A stretch of 32,000 nt of DNA from Geotalea uraniireducens Rf4 (GTDB taxonomy: Bacteria > Desulfobacterota > Desulfuromonadia > Geobacterales > Geobacteraceae): contig NC_009483.1 in the NCBI RefSeq assembly GCF_000016745.1, forward strand, positions 4,230,001 to 4,262,000. Reading direction: 5' to 3'. The position numbers and the translations under genes are program-made. Positions 24,989 through 32,000 of this stretch are shown here, in pieces; within the stretch, counting starts at the first letter, position 1, and each line of letters starts with the position of its first letter. The notes under the pieces are model-generated. The model was not told the DNA's origin. It was given only the letters and a program-made list of their open reading frames with translations, and searched no databases.

Positions 24989-26513
24989 TTAATACTACTC
25001 CGACACATATAGTTCTTTAACATTTCAATATTCGCACCAGAAGCTTTGCAATCTGATGCCTGATGTCAGGCAAGGACGGCATGCCTTTGAGTCGTTGCCT
25101 CCGCCTCCATCGCTCAGAGGAACGAAGAGAACAGCAACGATGGCGCCACTTTTCCAGGTGTTTGGTTTTCAGAACAAAGCGTCGTTGGCCAGTGTCGATT
25201 TTTTCTGAATCCAGTTGCTCCGCGCTGTCGCACTCTTCTGTTTTTTTTGCTGCAAACGCAACAGTGTCAGATAGCCATATGCCAGGGACGTCAGGAGCAC
25301 ATGTCGATGCCATCCGCTCCATGAGCGCCCTTCATGGTGATCAAGGCCAAGCTCTTCCTTTAGCTGTTGATAGCCATGCTCTATCCAATAACGTTCATGG
25401 TAGAGGCGGGCAAGGTCAATCGTTGCCAGATGCTGCGGCATATTGCTGAAGAAATAGCGAAGCTCGTATCCACCCAGGTTCAGGGGGCGGCGCTCTATCA
25501 GGAGCCAGACTTGTTCATGATGATTGCCCTGCCGCCATCCGTGAGCCGGCCACACTCTCATTGAGACGGCCTCTGCAACAAGTGGCTTGTCCTTGGAATT
25601 GAGCCTCAATTCTAGCCGTTGCCATGCATCATCGGCAATGCTTTCGCCCAGTACCGACAGCTTGACCGGTTCGGGGTTTGTGGAGACTACCTTAGGGCGA
25701 GTTCGTGGACGCCCTCGCTTATGCTCTTTGACTGGCGCAATTTCAAAGACCGGCTCCTCAAGAAATACCGGGGTGTTGGAGTAAGCTCCCAGGATGTAAT
25801 TTTCACTGCGGGACTCAAGCTCCTTGCGAAACTCCGGAATGTTGCCATACCAGCTGTCAGCAAGGACTGCACGATGGGGAACATTGTCTTTTCGGGCCAG
25901 GTCAACAAAATCAAGTGCCATGCGCCATTTTGACTTATGGTGCACTGACTCCGGCATGTGAGCCTTTTTACGCTTTGCGGTGCAATCATCATTTTGCTGA
26001 TCCCAGGATTCCGGGACGAACAGTTCCATGGCATATGGCCAGGCGACATCTCTGCCGACATACGTCATGCTTACGCCAATCTGACAGTTGTCAGTCTTGC
26101 CTGATGCACCGCAGTATTGCCGGGCAACACATACACTGTCGTACCCTTTCTTAGGGAACCCGGTATCATCAAGAACCAGGATCCCCTGCGGGTCGGAAGT
26201 GACGTCAAGCATGGAACGGCGGAATTGCTCAGCAACAAGTTGATCGTCCCATTTGGCAGTCGAAAGGAGGCGCTGCATACTTCGTTCAGATGCGTTTACC
26301 TTCTCTGACATGGGTTCAACTGACTTGCGCTCACCGTCCATGAGCAGGCCGGCCAAGTAACATTCTGCCAGTTCACGGCTCTCTGACCGATGGAAATAGC
26401 CATAATAGGGAGCCATATATTCTTCGATGCCGGGGAAAACGATCTCTGTTGTCATTCGCAGAGATTATCACATGAAACAGATTATATCAAGCTATGTGTC
26501 GGAGTAGTATTAA
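24989..26513 (-). mobile_element. Complete insertion sequence, IS701-like (IS4-superfamily DDE), about 1.5 kb
   Basis: Perfect 21-bp terminal inverted repeats TTAATACTACTCCGACACATA (24989-25009 and the reverse complement of 26493-26513). They enclose a single transposase ORF. The outermost TTAA is palindromic, so it could be the IR tip or a 4-bp target duplication. Confidence 0.85.
25169..26455 (-). CDS. DDE transposase, IS701-family-like
   Basis: 428 aa. The N-terminus FHRSESRELAECYLAGLLMDGERKSVEPMSEKV is typical of IS701-type transposases. Candidate DDE residues lie in LVLDDTGFPKKG, VLADSWYGN and YWIEHGYQQLKEELGLDHHEGRSW. Confidence 0.85.
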   Translation of the reverse strand: MTTEIVFPGIEEYMAPYYGYFHRSESRELAECYLAGLLMDGERKSVEPMSEKVNASERSMQRLLSTAKWDDQLVAEQFRRSMLDVTSDPQGILVLDDTGFPKKGYDSVCVARQYCGASGKTDNCQIGVSMTYVGRDVAWPYAMELFVPESWDQQNDDCTAKRKKAHMPESVHHKSKWRMALDFVDLARKDNVPHRAVLADSWYGNIPEFRKELESRSENYILGAYSNTPVFLEEPVFEIAPVKEHKRGRPRTRPKVVSTNPEPVKLSVLGESIADDAWQRLELRLNSKDKPLVAEAVSMRVWPAHGWRQGNHHEQVWLLIERRPLNLGGYELRYFFSNMPQHLATIDLARLYHERYWIEHGYQQLKEELGLDHHEGRSWSGWHRHVLLTSLAYGYLTLLRLQQKKQKSATARSNWIQKKSTLANDALF

Positions 26514-26532
26514 TTGACGCGGTTTTTCCCCG

Positions 26533-26562
26533 TTGATTTACCGAAGACGTTGGTGGTATCTT
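26533..26562 (+). promoter_or_regulatory. Possible sigma-70 promoter for the M16 peptidase operon, just outside the IS end
   Basis: TTGATT (26533-26538), an 18-nt spacer, then an extended -10 TGgTATCTT (26554-26562). It lies about 45 nt upstream of ATG 26607. Motif match only. Confidence 0.3.
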
Positions 26563-26606
26563 TACCGACGATTGCAGCCAATCCATTACTTTGTGAGGTT
26601 CTCTTT

Positions 26607-28100
26607 ATGAAGGCAGTGCATCGGATTTACCTTCTCGCCCTGTGCCTCGCACTCCTCGCCCCCTTCGCCCATGCGGCGGGTCTGGCGGACAAGGTGCAGG
26701 AACACACCTTGAAAAACGGCATGAAACTCCTCATGGTGGAGCGCCACACCTCGCCGACGGTTGCCGCATGGATCCGCTTCAAGGTGGGGAGCGCGGACGA
26801 ACGGAGCGACGAGCGAGGGCTCGCCCACCTCCTGGAACACATGCTGTTCAAGGGGACAAAGACCCTTGGGACAACCGACTACGCCGCCGAAAAACCGCTT
26901 CTGGACAAGATCGAACAGACGGCACAGCTTCTCATGCTGGAAAAGGCCAAACGGGAAAAGGGGGACCAGGCAAAGATCAACCAGTTGAAGAAAGAGCTCG
27001 ACAGCCTGGAAAAAGATGCGGAGAAGTACGTGGTAAAGGAGGAGTTCGCCCAGATCTACGCCAGAAACGGCGGCTCCGGCTACAACGCCTTCACCAGCAA
27101 GGACGGCACCACTTACCTGATCAACATGCCTGCAAACAAGATGGAGCTCTGGGCTGCAATCGAATCTGACCGGATGAAGAACGCGGTGCTACGCGAATTC
27201 TACACCGAGCGGGACGTGGTGATGGAGGAGCGACGCCGCTCCTACGACACGGAGCCTGAAGGGGAGCTGTGGGAAAACTTTCTTGCCACGGCCTTCGTCG
27301 CCCACCCATTCGGCCAGCCGACCATCGGCTGGATGTCTGACATCGAAAACCTCTCCCGCAACAAGGCCGAGACGTTCCTCCACAAATATTACGCCCCCAA
27401 CAACGCCATTGTGGCCGTTGTCGGCGATATCGACCCGCAAAGAATCATCACCCTTGTGGAAAAATATTTCGGCGTCATAGCTCCCGGCACACCGGTCGGG
27501 CCGGTGGCGGTTGAAGAACCGCGGCAGCGGGGGGAAAAAAGGATCGAGGTCCTGGCCGATGCCGAACCGCAGCTGATGATCGGCTTTCACAAGCCGACGC
27601 TGCCGGCCGCAGACGATTACGTGTTTGACGTCATCGACATGCTCCTGGCCGACGGGCGCACCTCCCGCCTCTACAAGAAGATGGTCGTGGAAAAGCAGCT
27701 CGTTACGGACGTTTCCTCCTTTACCGCACCGGGTAGCCGCTACCCGAATCTGTTTGTCATCGCTGCCACCCCACGTGCCCCCCACACCGTGCAGGAGGTG
27801 GAATCAGCGATTTACGAGGAGCTGGAGCGACTTAAGAAAGAGCCGGTCACCGAGCGCGAGCTGCAACAGATTCTCAACAAGCTGGAATTCGAAGAGTCCC
27901 GCCAGATGCTTTCAAACGGCGGGCTGGCAAGAAACCTTACCGAATATGAGGCAACCGCCGGCACCTGGCGCTACCTCATCGAGCACAGGCAGCGGGTGGC
28001 TGCCGTCACGCCGGCGGACGTGGCGCGCGTGGCGCAGAAATACCTGGTCAGGGAAAACAGGACCATCGGCGTCATTACCAAACAGGAGGTGGCAAAATGA
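26607..28100 (+). CDS. M16 family zinc peptidase (pitrilysin/insulinase-like), catalytic subunit, exported
   Basis: Inverted zinc motif HLLEH in GLAHLLEHMLFKGT. Start at ATG 26607 gives the signal peptide MKAVHRIYLLALCLALLAPFAHA/AG. The longest ORF begins at TTG 26514, immediately after the IS. Confidence 0.9.
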   Translation: MKAVHRIYLLALCLALLAPFAHAAGLADKVQEHTLKNGMKLLMVERHTSPTVAAWIRFKVGSADERSDERGLAHLLEHMLFKGTKTLGTTDYAAEKPLLDKIEQTAQLLMLEKAKREKGDQAKINQLKKELDSLEKDAEKYVVKEEFAQIYARNGGSGYNAFTSKDGTTYLINMPANKMELWAAIESDRMKNAVLREFYTERDVVMEERRRSYDTEPEGELWENFLATAFVAHPFGQPTIGWMSDIENLSRNKAETFLHKYYAPNNAIVAVVGDIDPQRIITLVEKYFGVIAPGTPVGPVAVEEPRQRGEKRIEVLADAEPQLMIGFHKPTLPAADDYVFDVIDMLLADGRTSRLYKKMVVEKQLVTDVSSFTAPGSRYPNLFVIAATPRAPHTVQEVESAIYEELERLKKEPVTERELQQILNKLEFEESRQMLSNGGLARNLTEYEATAGTWRYLIEHRQRVAAVTPADVARVAQKYLVRENRTIGVITKQEVAK

Positions 28101-29521
28101 TGACCAACTGGAAGAGACTCCTGCTTATGGCAGCAGCAATCCTTTCTCTCTCTGCCTGCGCTGCGACGCAAAAAGCCGTTGACCCGCGCACCATGACCTT
28201 TCCCAAGCTTACGTTCGAAATCCCCAAAAGCGAGCGGGTGCAGCTCGCCAACGGGATGGTGGTTTACCTGCTGGAAGACCATGAACTGCCGCTGGTAAGC
28301 ATGACCGCCTACGTCAACACCGGGAGTATCTACGAACCTGCGGAAAAGGCCGGCCTGGCCGGCCTTACCGGCGCCGTGATGCGGAGCGGCGGGACAATGG
28401 AAACACCGCCGGAAAAGCTGGACGCAGAGCTTGAATTCATGGCGTCGTCCATCGAGTCGAGTATCGGCGCCGACGTGGGCAACGTCTCCCTCAGCAGCCT
28501 GAAGAAAAACCTCGACCGGACGCTTTCACTTTTCGCCGATGTCGTCATGCATCCCGCTTTCCGCGAAGACCGGGTGACGCTGGCGAAGAACCGGACCATC
28601 GAGTCCCTGCGCAGGCAGAACGACGACGCCAAGGGGGTCGCCGACCGGGAGCTGAGAAAGGCCCTCTACCCCAACCATCCGCTCGGCCGTTATCCGACCA
28701 TCGGGTCGGTGAAGAGCATCACCAGGGACGACATGGCAGCCTTCCACAAGCGCTATTTCCATCCCAACACCATGATGCTGGCGGTTGCCGGCGACTTTGA
28801 CAGGAAAGAGCTCGTGGCCGCGCTGGAAAAGGCCTTTGCCGGCTGGGAAAAAGTCTCGGTCGACTTCCCGGCGGTAGCGCCGCTGCAGCAGGATATAAAG
28901 CCTGAAGTGCTGTTGGCGAAAAAGGAGATCAACCAGTCGGTGATCCGCATGGGGCACCCGGGGATCGACAAGAACAACCCGGACCTCTACCCCATCAGGG
29001 TCATGGATTACATCCTCGGCGGCGGCTTCACCTCGCGGCTGACCACGGAGATCCGATCCAACCAGGGCCTGGCCTATAACGTGGACAGCTATTTCGATGT
29101 GGGGAGGCGCTTCCCCGGCATCTTCCTCGCCGAAACGGAGACCAAGAGCGAATCGACAGTCAAGGCCGTCACCCTCATGCGCGACATCATCGCCGGCATG
29201 ACCAGGGCGCCGGTCACCGACGACGAGCTGAAGCTGGCCAAGGATGCCATCGTCAACTCCTTCATCTTCGGTTTCGCTCGGACCGATGCGGTGGTCAACC
29301 AGCAGCTGCGGCTCGAATACTACGGCTATCCCGCCGGCTACCTGGAAAACTACCGGGACAACATATCCAAGGTGACGAAAGAAGATGTGCTGCGCGTGGC
29401 GCAGAAATACCTCCACCCGGAAAGGTTGGTGCTCGTGGTGGTGGGAAATGAGAAGCAGTTCGACAAGCCGCTCGCCACCCTGGGACCGGTGAGGGAGATC
29501 AAGCTGGAGAACGGCAAATAA
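28097..29521 (+). CDS. M16 family peptidase-like protein lacking HxxEH (non-catalytic partner), predicted lipoprotein
   Basis: 474 aa. Lipobox LSLSAC in MMTNWKRLLLMAAAILSLSACAAT. GLAGLTGAVMRSGGT occupies the HxxEH position. ATGA overlap with the upstream M16 gene. Shares VAQKYL and other paralogous blocks with it. Confidence 0.85.
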   Translation: MMTNWKRLLLMAAAILSLSACAATQKAVDPRTMTFPKLTFEIPKSERVQLANGMVVYLLEDHELPLVSMTAYVNTGSIYEPAEKAGLAGLTGAVMRSGGTMETPPEKLDAELEFMASSIESSIGADVGNVSLSSLKKNLDRTLSLFADVVMHPAFREDRVTLAKNRTIESLRRQNDDAKGVADRELRKALYPNHPLGRYPTIGSVKSITRDDMAAFHKRYFHPNTMMLAVAGDFDRKELVAALEKAFAGWEKVSVDFPAVAPLQQDIKPEVLLAKKEINQSVIRMGHPGIDKNNPDLYPIRVMDYILGGGFTSRLTTEIRSNQGLAYNVDSYFDVGRRFPGIFLAETETKSESTVKAVTLMRDIIAGMTRAPVTDDELKLAKDAIVNSFIFGFARTDAVVNQQLRLEYYGYPAGYLENYRDNISKVTKEDVLRVAQKYLHPERLVLVVVGNEKQFDKPLATLGPVREIKLENGK

Positions 29522-29543
29522 TCAACGGACAACAGGAGGAACT

Positions 29544-29651
29544 ATGGCCACATGGAAATGCAATGCTTGCGGATTTACCAAGGAAGGGCGCTGCAAACCG
29601 CAAAAATGCCCGCAGTGCCAGGAAAAGGGAACTTTTGAAAAGACGGAATAG
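29544..29651 (+). CDS. 35-aa zinc-ribbon / rubredoxin-like mini-protein (below the ORF-track cutoff)
   Basis: MATWKCNACGFTKEGRCKPQKCPQCQEKGTFEKTE has two CxxC knuckles (CNAC and CPQC) plus one extra Cys. AGGAGGA RBS at 29534-29540, with 3 nt to the ATG. It starts 22 nt after the M16 stop and is followed by a strong hairpin. Confidence 0.55.
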   Translation: MATWKCNACGFTKEGRCKPQKCPQCQEKGTFEKTE

Positions 29652-29659
29652 ATGAATAG

Positions 29660-29687
29660 AGGCCTCCATCGGAAACGATGGAGGCCT
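29660..29687. terminator. Perfect 12-bp stem / GAAA tetraloop hairpin between convergent genes
   Basis: AGGCCTCCATCG-gaaa-CGATGGAGGCCT is followed on the plus strand by tcttgtgtg, a weak U-tract. It lies between the mini-ORF (+) and the Y1 transposase-like gene (-). Confidence 0.6.
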
Positions 29688-29719
29688 TCTTGTGTGCAGC
29701 TATCAGAACACACACTTCT

Positions 29720-29746
29720 GGGGTCAGGTCAGACATTCGGACATTT
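29720..29746. repeat. Left 27-nt inverted repeat flanking the Y1 transposase-like gene
   Basis: GGGGTCAGGTCAGACATTCGGACATTT. Its reverse complement matches 30697-30723 at 25/27 positions. It overlaps the last 5 sense codons and the stop codon of the gene (KCPNV-stop). Confidence 0.75.
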
Positions 29747-30679
29747 ACTCAAAGCCCCCCGCACATCTTCGATATTCGCGGCCAGTTCGACATCGGCCCG
29801 TGAGCGGGACAGCATTCTTTGCGCCGCTTTACCAAGGGCGGACGCATCACGGTTGAAGAGCCTCCCCAACTCCGTCAGGGAGAGGTGCGGCGATTCCTGC
29901 ACGATCACTGCGGCGAGCGCTCTCGCCTCGCTGAAAGGCCGGGTCTTGCCCGGCGATTTCAGTTGTTCCTCAGCGATTCCGTATCGACGGCAGACGGAGG
30001 CGACGATTTCCGGCAGTGTCCACTCCCGCTTACGCAACTGGTTGGCTTTATGCAGCGCATCGTCGGCAAAGCCGTCGTCACCGAGGATACGCCCTTCGCA
30101 TGTTCCGCTGTGAAACTCGTTTCTTCGTTCCTCACCCATTCCATCGGCAACAAATTGCCGATACGCCTTGCGGGCAGAATCGGTTCTGCGGCCAAGCAGC
30201 GAGAGCACCCATTCGGTAGTCAGCCACGGCAGCACTTCACTGCCGAGATAGGCGCGATGGCCGCTCCACGGGTACTCCTGCGGAAGCGGCACCATGTCTG
30301 CCCGAACCGGATTCAGGTGGACATAACGCACGAGCTCCAGCAGGTACGCGTCCGCGTCCAACAGGAGCGCCTTGTATCGCCCCTGGAAGAGATGTCCCGT
30401 GCGCCCTTGGGTGTAGTTGACCCATTTTGTATAGCGCAGTGACAGGTTCTGCATGATGAGCGAGAGAGGGGTGTCAGCCACCTGTACGACAAGGTGAATG
30501 TGATTCGTCATGCAGCAAAAGCCATGAATGCGGTAGCCGAATCTTTCCACGGATTCCTGCAGAAAGAGGTAGAGCCGGAAGCGGTCTGCATCCTTGAAGA
30601 AAATCGGCTGGCCGGCATTGCCGCGAAGTATTACGTGATAGACGGCTCCGGGATAATGAATGCGAGGTTTACGTGCCAT
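29729..30679 (-). CDS. HUH/Y1 (IS200-like, RAYT-like, COG1943-type) transposase-like protein fused to a DnaA C-terminal-like HTH domain
   Basis: 316 aa. N-terminus AVYHVILRGNAGQPIF, HUH motif in MTNHIHLVVQ, and a tyrosine-bearing helix LVRYVHLNPVRA. The C-terminal segment EIVASVCRRYGI...SEARALAAVIVQESPHLSLTELGRLFNRDASALGKAAQRM resembles DnaA domain IV. Confidence 0.85.
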   Translation of the reverse strand: MARKPRIHYPGAVYHVILRGNAGQPIFFKDADRFRLYLFLQESVERFGYRIHGFCCMTNHIHLVVQVADTPLSLIMQNLSLRYTKWVNYTQGRTGHLFQGRYKALLLDADAYLLELVRYVHLNPVRADMVPLPQEYPWSGHRAYLGSEVLPWLTTEWVLSLLGRRTDSARKAYRQFVADGMGEERRNEFHSGTCEGRILGDDGFADDALHKANQLRKREWTLPEIVASVCRRYGIAEEQLKSPGKTRPFSEARALAAVIVQESPHLSLTELGRLFNRDASALGKAAQRMLSRSRADVELAANIEDVRGALSKCPNV

Positions 30680-30696
30680 GTTTACAGGATATCAAC

Positions 30697-30723
30697 AAAT
30701 GTCCGAATGTCTAGCCTGACCCC
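30697..30723. repeat. Right 27-nt inverted repeat flanking the Y1 transposase-like gene
   Basis: AAATGTCCGAATGTCTAGCCTGACCCC, located 17 nt upstream of the gene start codon. It pairs with 29720-29746. Confidence 0.75.
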
Positions 30724-30778
30724 ATGATTTCACCATGATTTCACCATGATTTCATGATTTGCCTGACCCCATGATTTG
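30715..30778. repeat. Tandem 11-mer array and duplicated 16-mer upstream of the Y1 gene
   Basis: CCATGATTTCA repeated 3 times in tandem (30722-30754), followed by a truncated copy TGATTTG. CCTGACCCCATGATTT occurs twice, at 30715-30730 and 30762-30777. Confidence 0.8.
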
Positions 30779-30810
30779 CCCCGCCACACTTGAGCCCCAC
30801 TTCACGCTTT

Positions 30811-31758
30811 CTAGGCCAGGAACTCACAGATATGCTTTGCGATGACATCTCCGTCTTCCTCGAGAGCAAAATGTCCCGTATTCAGCAGGTGGAAGTCGAG
30901 ATTCTTCAAATCCCGTTTGTACGGATGGGCACCCGCCGCCGGGAAAATCTCGTCATTCGCGCCCCACACGATCAGCGTCCGCGGCTGGTGCTGGCGGAAA
31001 TATGCTTGCCAACTGGGATATAGAGGCGGATTGCTGCCGTAGTCGTAGAACAGTTGCAGTTGGATCTCCGCATTGCCTGGCCGATCCAGCAGTCTTTGGT
31101 CGACGTGCCAGTTGTCAGGGCTGATCGCCTCTTTGTTGCGAACCCCGTTGGTGTACTGCCACTGCGTTGCTTCTAACGTCAAGAGGAAGCGGAGCGCGTC
31201 TTCGTTCGACATATTGGGCTGCTTGTAAGCAGCCTTGATATTTTTCCACCATTCGTTGTCAAGACCCTTGTTGATGGCCCCACGATCTTTCCAGTACTCC
31301 TTGATCGGCTCCCAGAAATTGTTGTCAATCCCTTCGTCGTAAGCGTTACCATTCTGGATGATCAGTGACTCGACACGCTCGGGATATTTCGCGGCCAGAC
31401 GGAAGCCGATTGGAGCGCCGTAGTCCATCAGGTACAGGCTGTAACGTTCGAGCCCGAGTTTCACGGTGAACTTGTCGAGGATCTCGCTGAGATTATCGAA
31501 GGTGTAGTCGAACTCATCGACCCTAGGTATCGAACTGTTCCCGTAGCCGGGGTAGTCCGGGGCCACCAAGTGAAACAGGTCCGCCAGGGCAGGGATCAAA
31601 TCTCGGTACATATGCGAGGACGTCGGAAAACCATGCAGCAATAGCAGGGTAGGCGCTTCCCGCGAACCGGCCTCGCGATAGAAGATCGATTGCCCATCGA
31701 TTTCGACGGTGCGATACATGACCGCGGGAATTCGAGTAACGATGTTCGTTGAATTCAT
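30811..31758 (-). CDS. Alpha/beta hydrolase (epoxide hydrolase / haloalkane dehalogenase-like, Asp nucleophile)
   Basis: HGFP oxyanion motif in [14 protein letters not shown], nucleophile elbow LMDYGAPIG, and a C-terminal His in NTGHFALEE. Start at ATG 31758 (MNSTNIV) with an AGGAGGAG RBS. The longest ORF extends to 31851. Confidence 0.85.
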   Translation of the reverse strand: MNSTNIVTRIPAVMYRTVEIDGQSIFYREAGSREAPTLLLLHGFPTSSHMYRDLIPALADLFHLVAPDYPGYGNSSIPRVDEFDYTFDNLSEILDKFTVKLGLERYSLYLMDYGAPIGFRLAAKYPERVESLIIQNGNAYDEGIDNNFWEPIKEYWKDRGAINKGLDNEWWKNIKAAYKQPNMSNEDALRFLLTLEATQWQYTNGVRNKEAISPDNWHVDQRLLDRPGNAEIQLQLFYDYGSNPPLYPSWQAYFRQHQPRTLIVWGANDEIFPAAGAHPYKRDLKNLDFHLLNTGHFALEEDGDVIAKHICEFLA

Positions 31759-31871
31759 GATTCTCCTCCTTTTGTGATCGCGTGTACGCTCCGCATAACA
31801 TACGCTTAACCTGCGAAGGGGGCTTGTCAGGTTGAAGCGATTGTTCGGCAATTTTTTTGGTGATGAATTCC

Positions 31872-32000
31872 TTATACTTTACCATAAAGTTTTCGTAATT
31901 CATCTTTTGCAACTTCAAGGACTTTCAGCTGTTCTCTATCCAAGTTTTTCCCAGCTCGATTAATATAGAATACAAGCATTGACATTGCCGAACGAAATGG
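31872..32000 (-). CDS. 3' end of a DUF3175-like gene (truncated by the window edge)
   Basis: The minus-strand frame reads ...[42 protein letters not shown]-stop, with TAA at 31872-31874. The segment [16 protein letters not shown]...AKDELR matches my recollection of the DUF3175 C-terminus. Not verified by any search. Confidence 0.5.
   Translation of the reverse strand, partial: PFRSAMSMLVFYINRAGKNLDREQLKVLEVAKDELRKLYGKV

Noticed and set aside
28526-29416. 296-aa minus-strand ORF
   Set aside because: It is antisense to the second M16 peptidase gene and is a shadow ORF.
26607-29651. RiPP cluster reading: M16 pair as leader peptidases (as with PqqF/G or AlbE/F) plus a Cys-rich precursor
   Set aside because: Both peptidases carry export signals, one a lipobox, while the mini-ORF has none. 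No maturase (rSAM, cyclodehydratase or similar) is adjacent. The peptide looks like a folded zinc ribbon rather than a leader-core precursor.
30715-30778. Possible CRISPR-like array
   Set aside because: The units are 11 nt and directly abutting with no spacers. There are only 3-4 copies and no cas genes. This is a tandem or iteron-like repeat, not CRISPR.
31523-31918. 131-aa minus-strand ORF spanning the hydrolase start region
   Set aside because: It overlaps, out of frame, the 5' part of the alpha/beta hydrolase gene and the DUF3175-like stop. It has no RBS or motif. The two flanking calls explain the region better.

Overview
This 32-kb window is GC-rich, roughly 50-60% by eye with clear regional shifts. 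It looks like chromosomal DNA from a Geobacter-type deltaproteobacterium (Desulfuromonadales). That origin is an inference from multihaem cytochromes, sigma-54 regulation and many multicopy palindromic intergenic elements. I support about 27 coding regions.

(1) 313-10968, minus strand: a tightly packed 11-gene operon. In transcription order it encodes a CE4 polysaccharide deacetylase, a GT2 glycosyltransferase, a SPASM-like radical SAM, a B12-radical SAM, an LpxL-family acyltransferase, a dedicated ACP, a B12-radical SAM, a FabD-like acyltransferase, a hot-dog thioesterase, a B12-radical SAM and a FabG-type reductase. It has no ketosynthase, dehydratase or enoyl reductase. This is my best candidate for an uncharacterised system, probably tailoring a (glyco)lipid or lipid-A-like molecule. 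Three of its intergenic gaps hold structured repeat elements.

(2) 11.2-17.0 kb: housekeeping-type genes. These are mltG, a REC/J-like/TPR protein, a small orphan ORF, a class I/II aminotransferase and uppP.

(3) 17.2-24.9 kb: a PhnD-like binding protein, a sensor kinase and a sigma-54 (NtrC-type) activator. They are followed by a sigma-54-like promoter and a decahaem MtrA/PioA-like cytochrome with an MtrB/PioB-like 835-aa outer-membrane barrel. No MtrC-like partner is present.

(4) 24.9-26.5 kb: a 22-codon relic of an aminotransferase paralogue next to a complete IS701-like insertion sequence.

(5) 26.6-32.0 kb: two exported M16 peptidases, an unlisted 35-aa zinc-ribbon ORF, a HUH/Y1 transposase-like gene fused to a DnaA-C-like HTH and bracketed by 27-nt inverted repeats (REPtron-like), an alpha/beta hydrolase, and the 3' end of a DUF3175-like gene.

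I saw no rRNA, tRNA or CRISPR. All family assignments come from motifs read by eye in the supplied translations. No database search was run.
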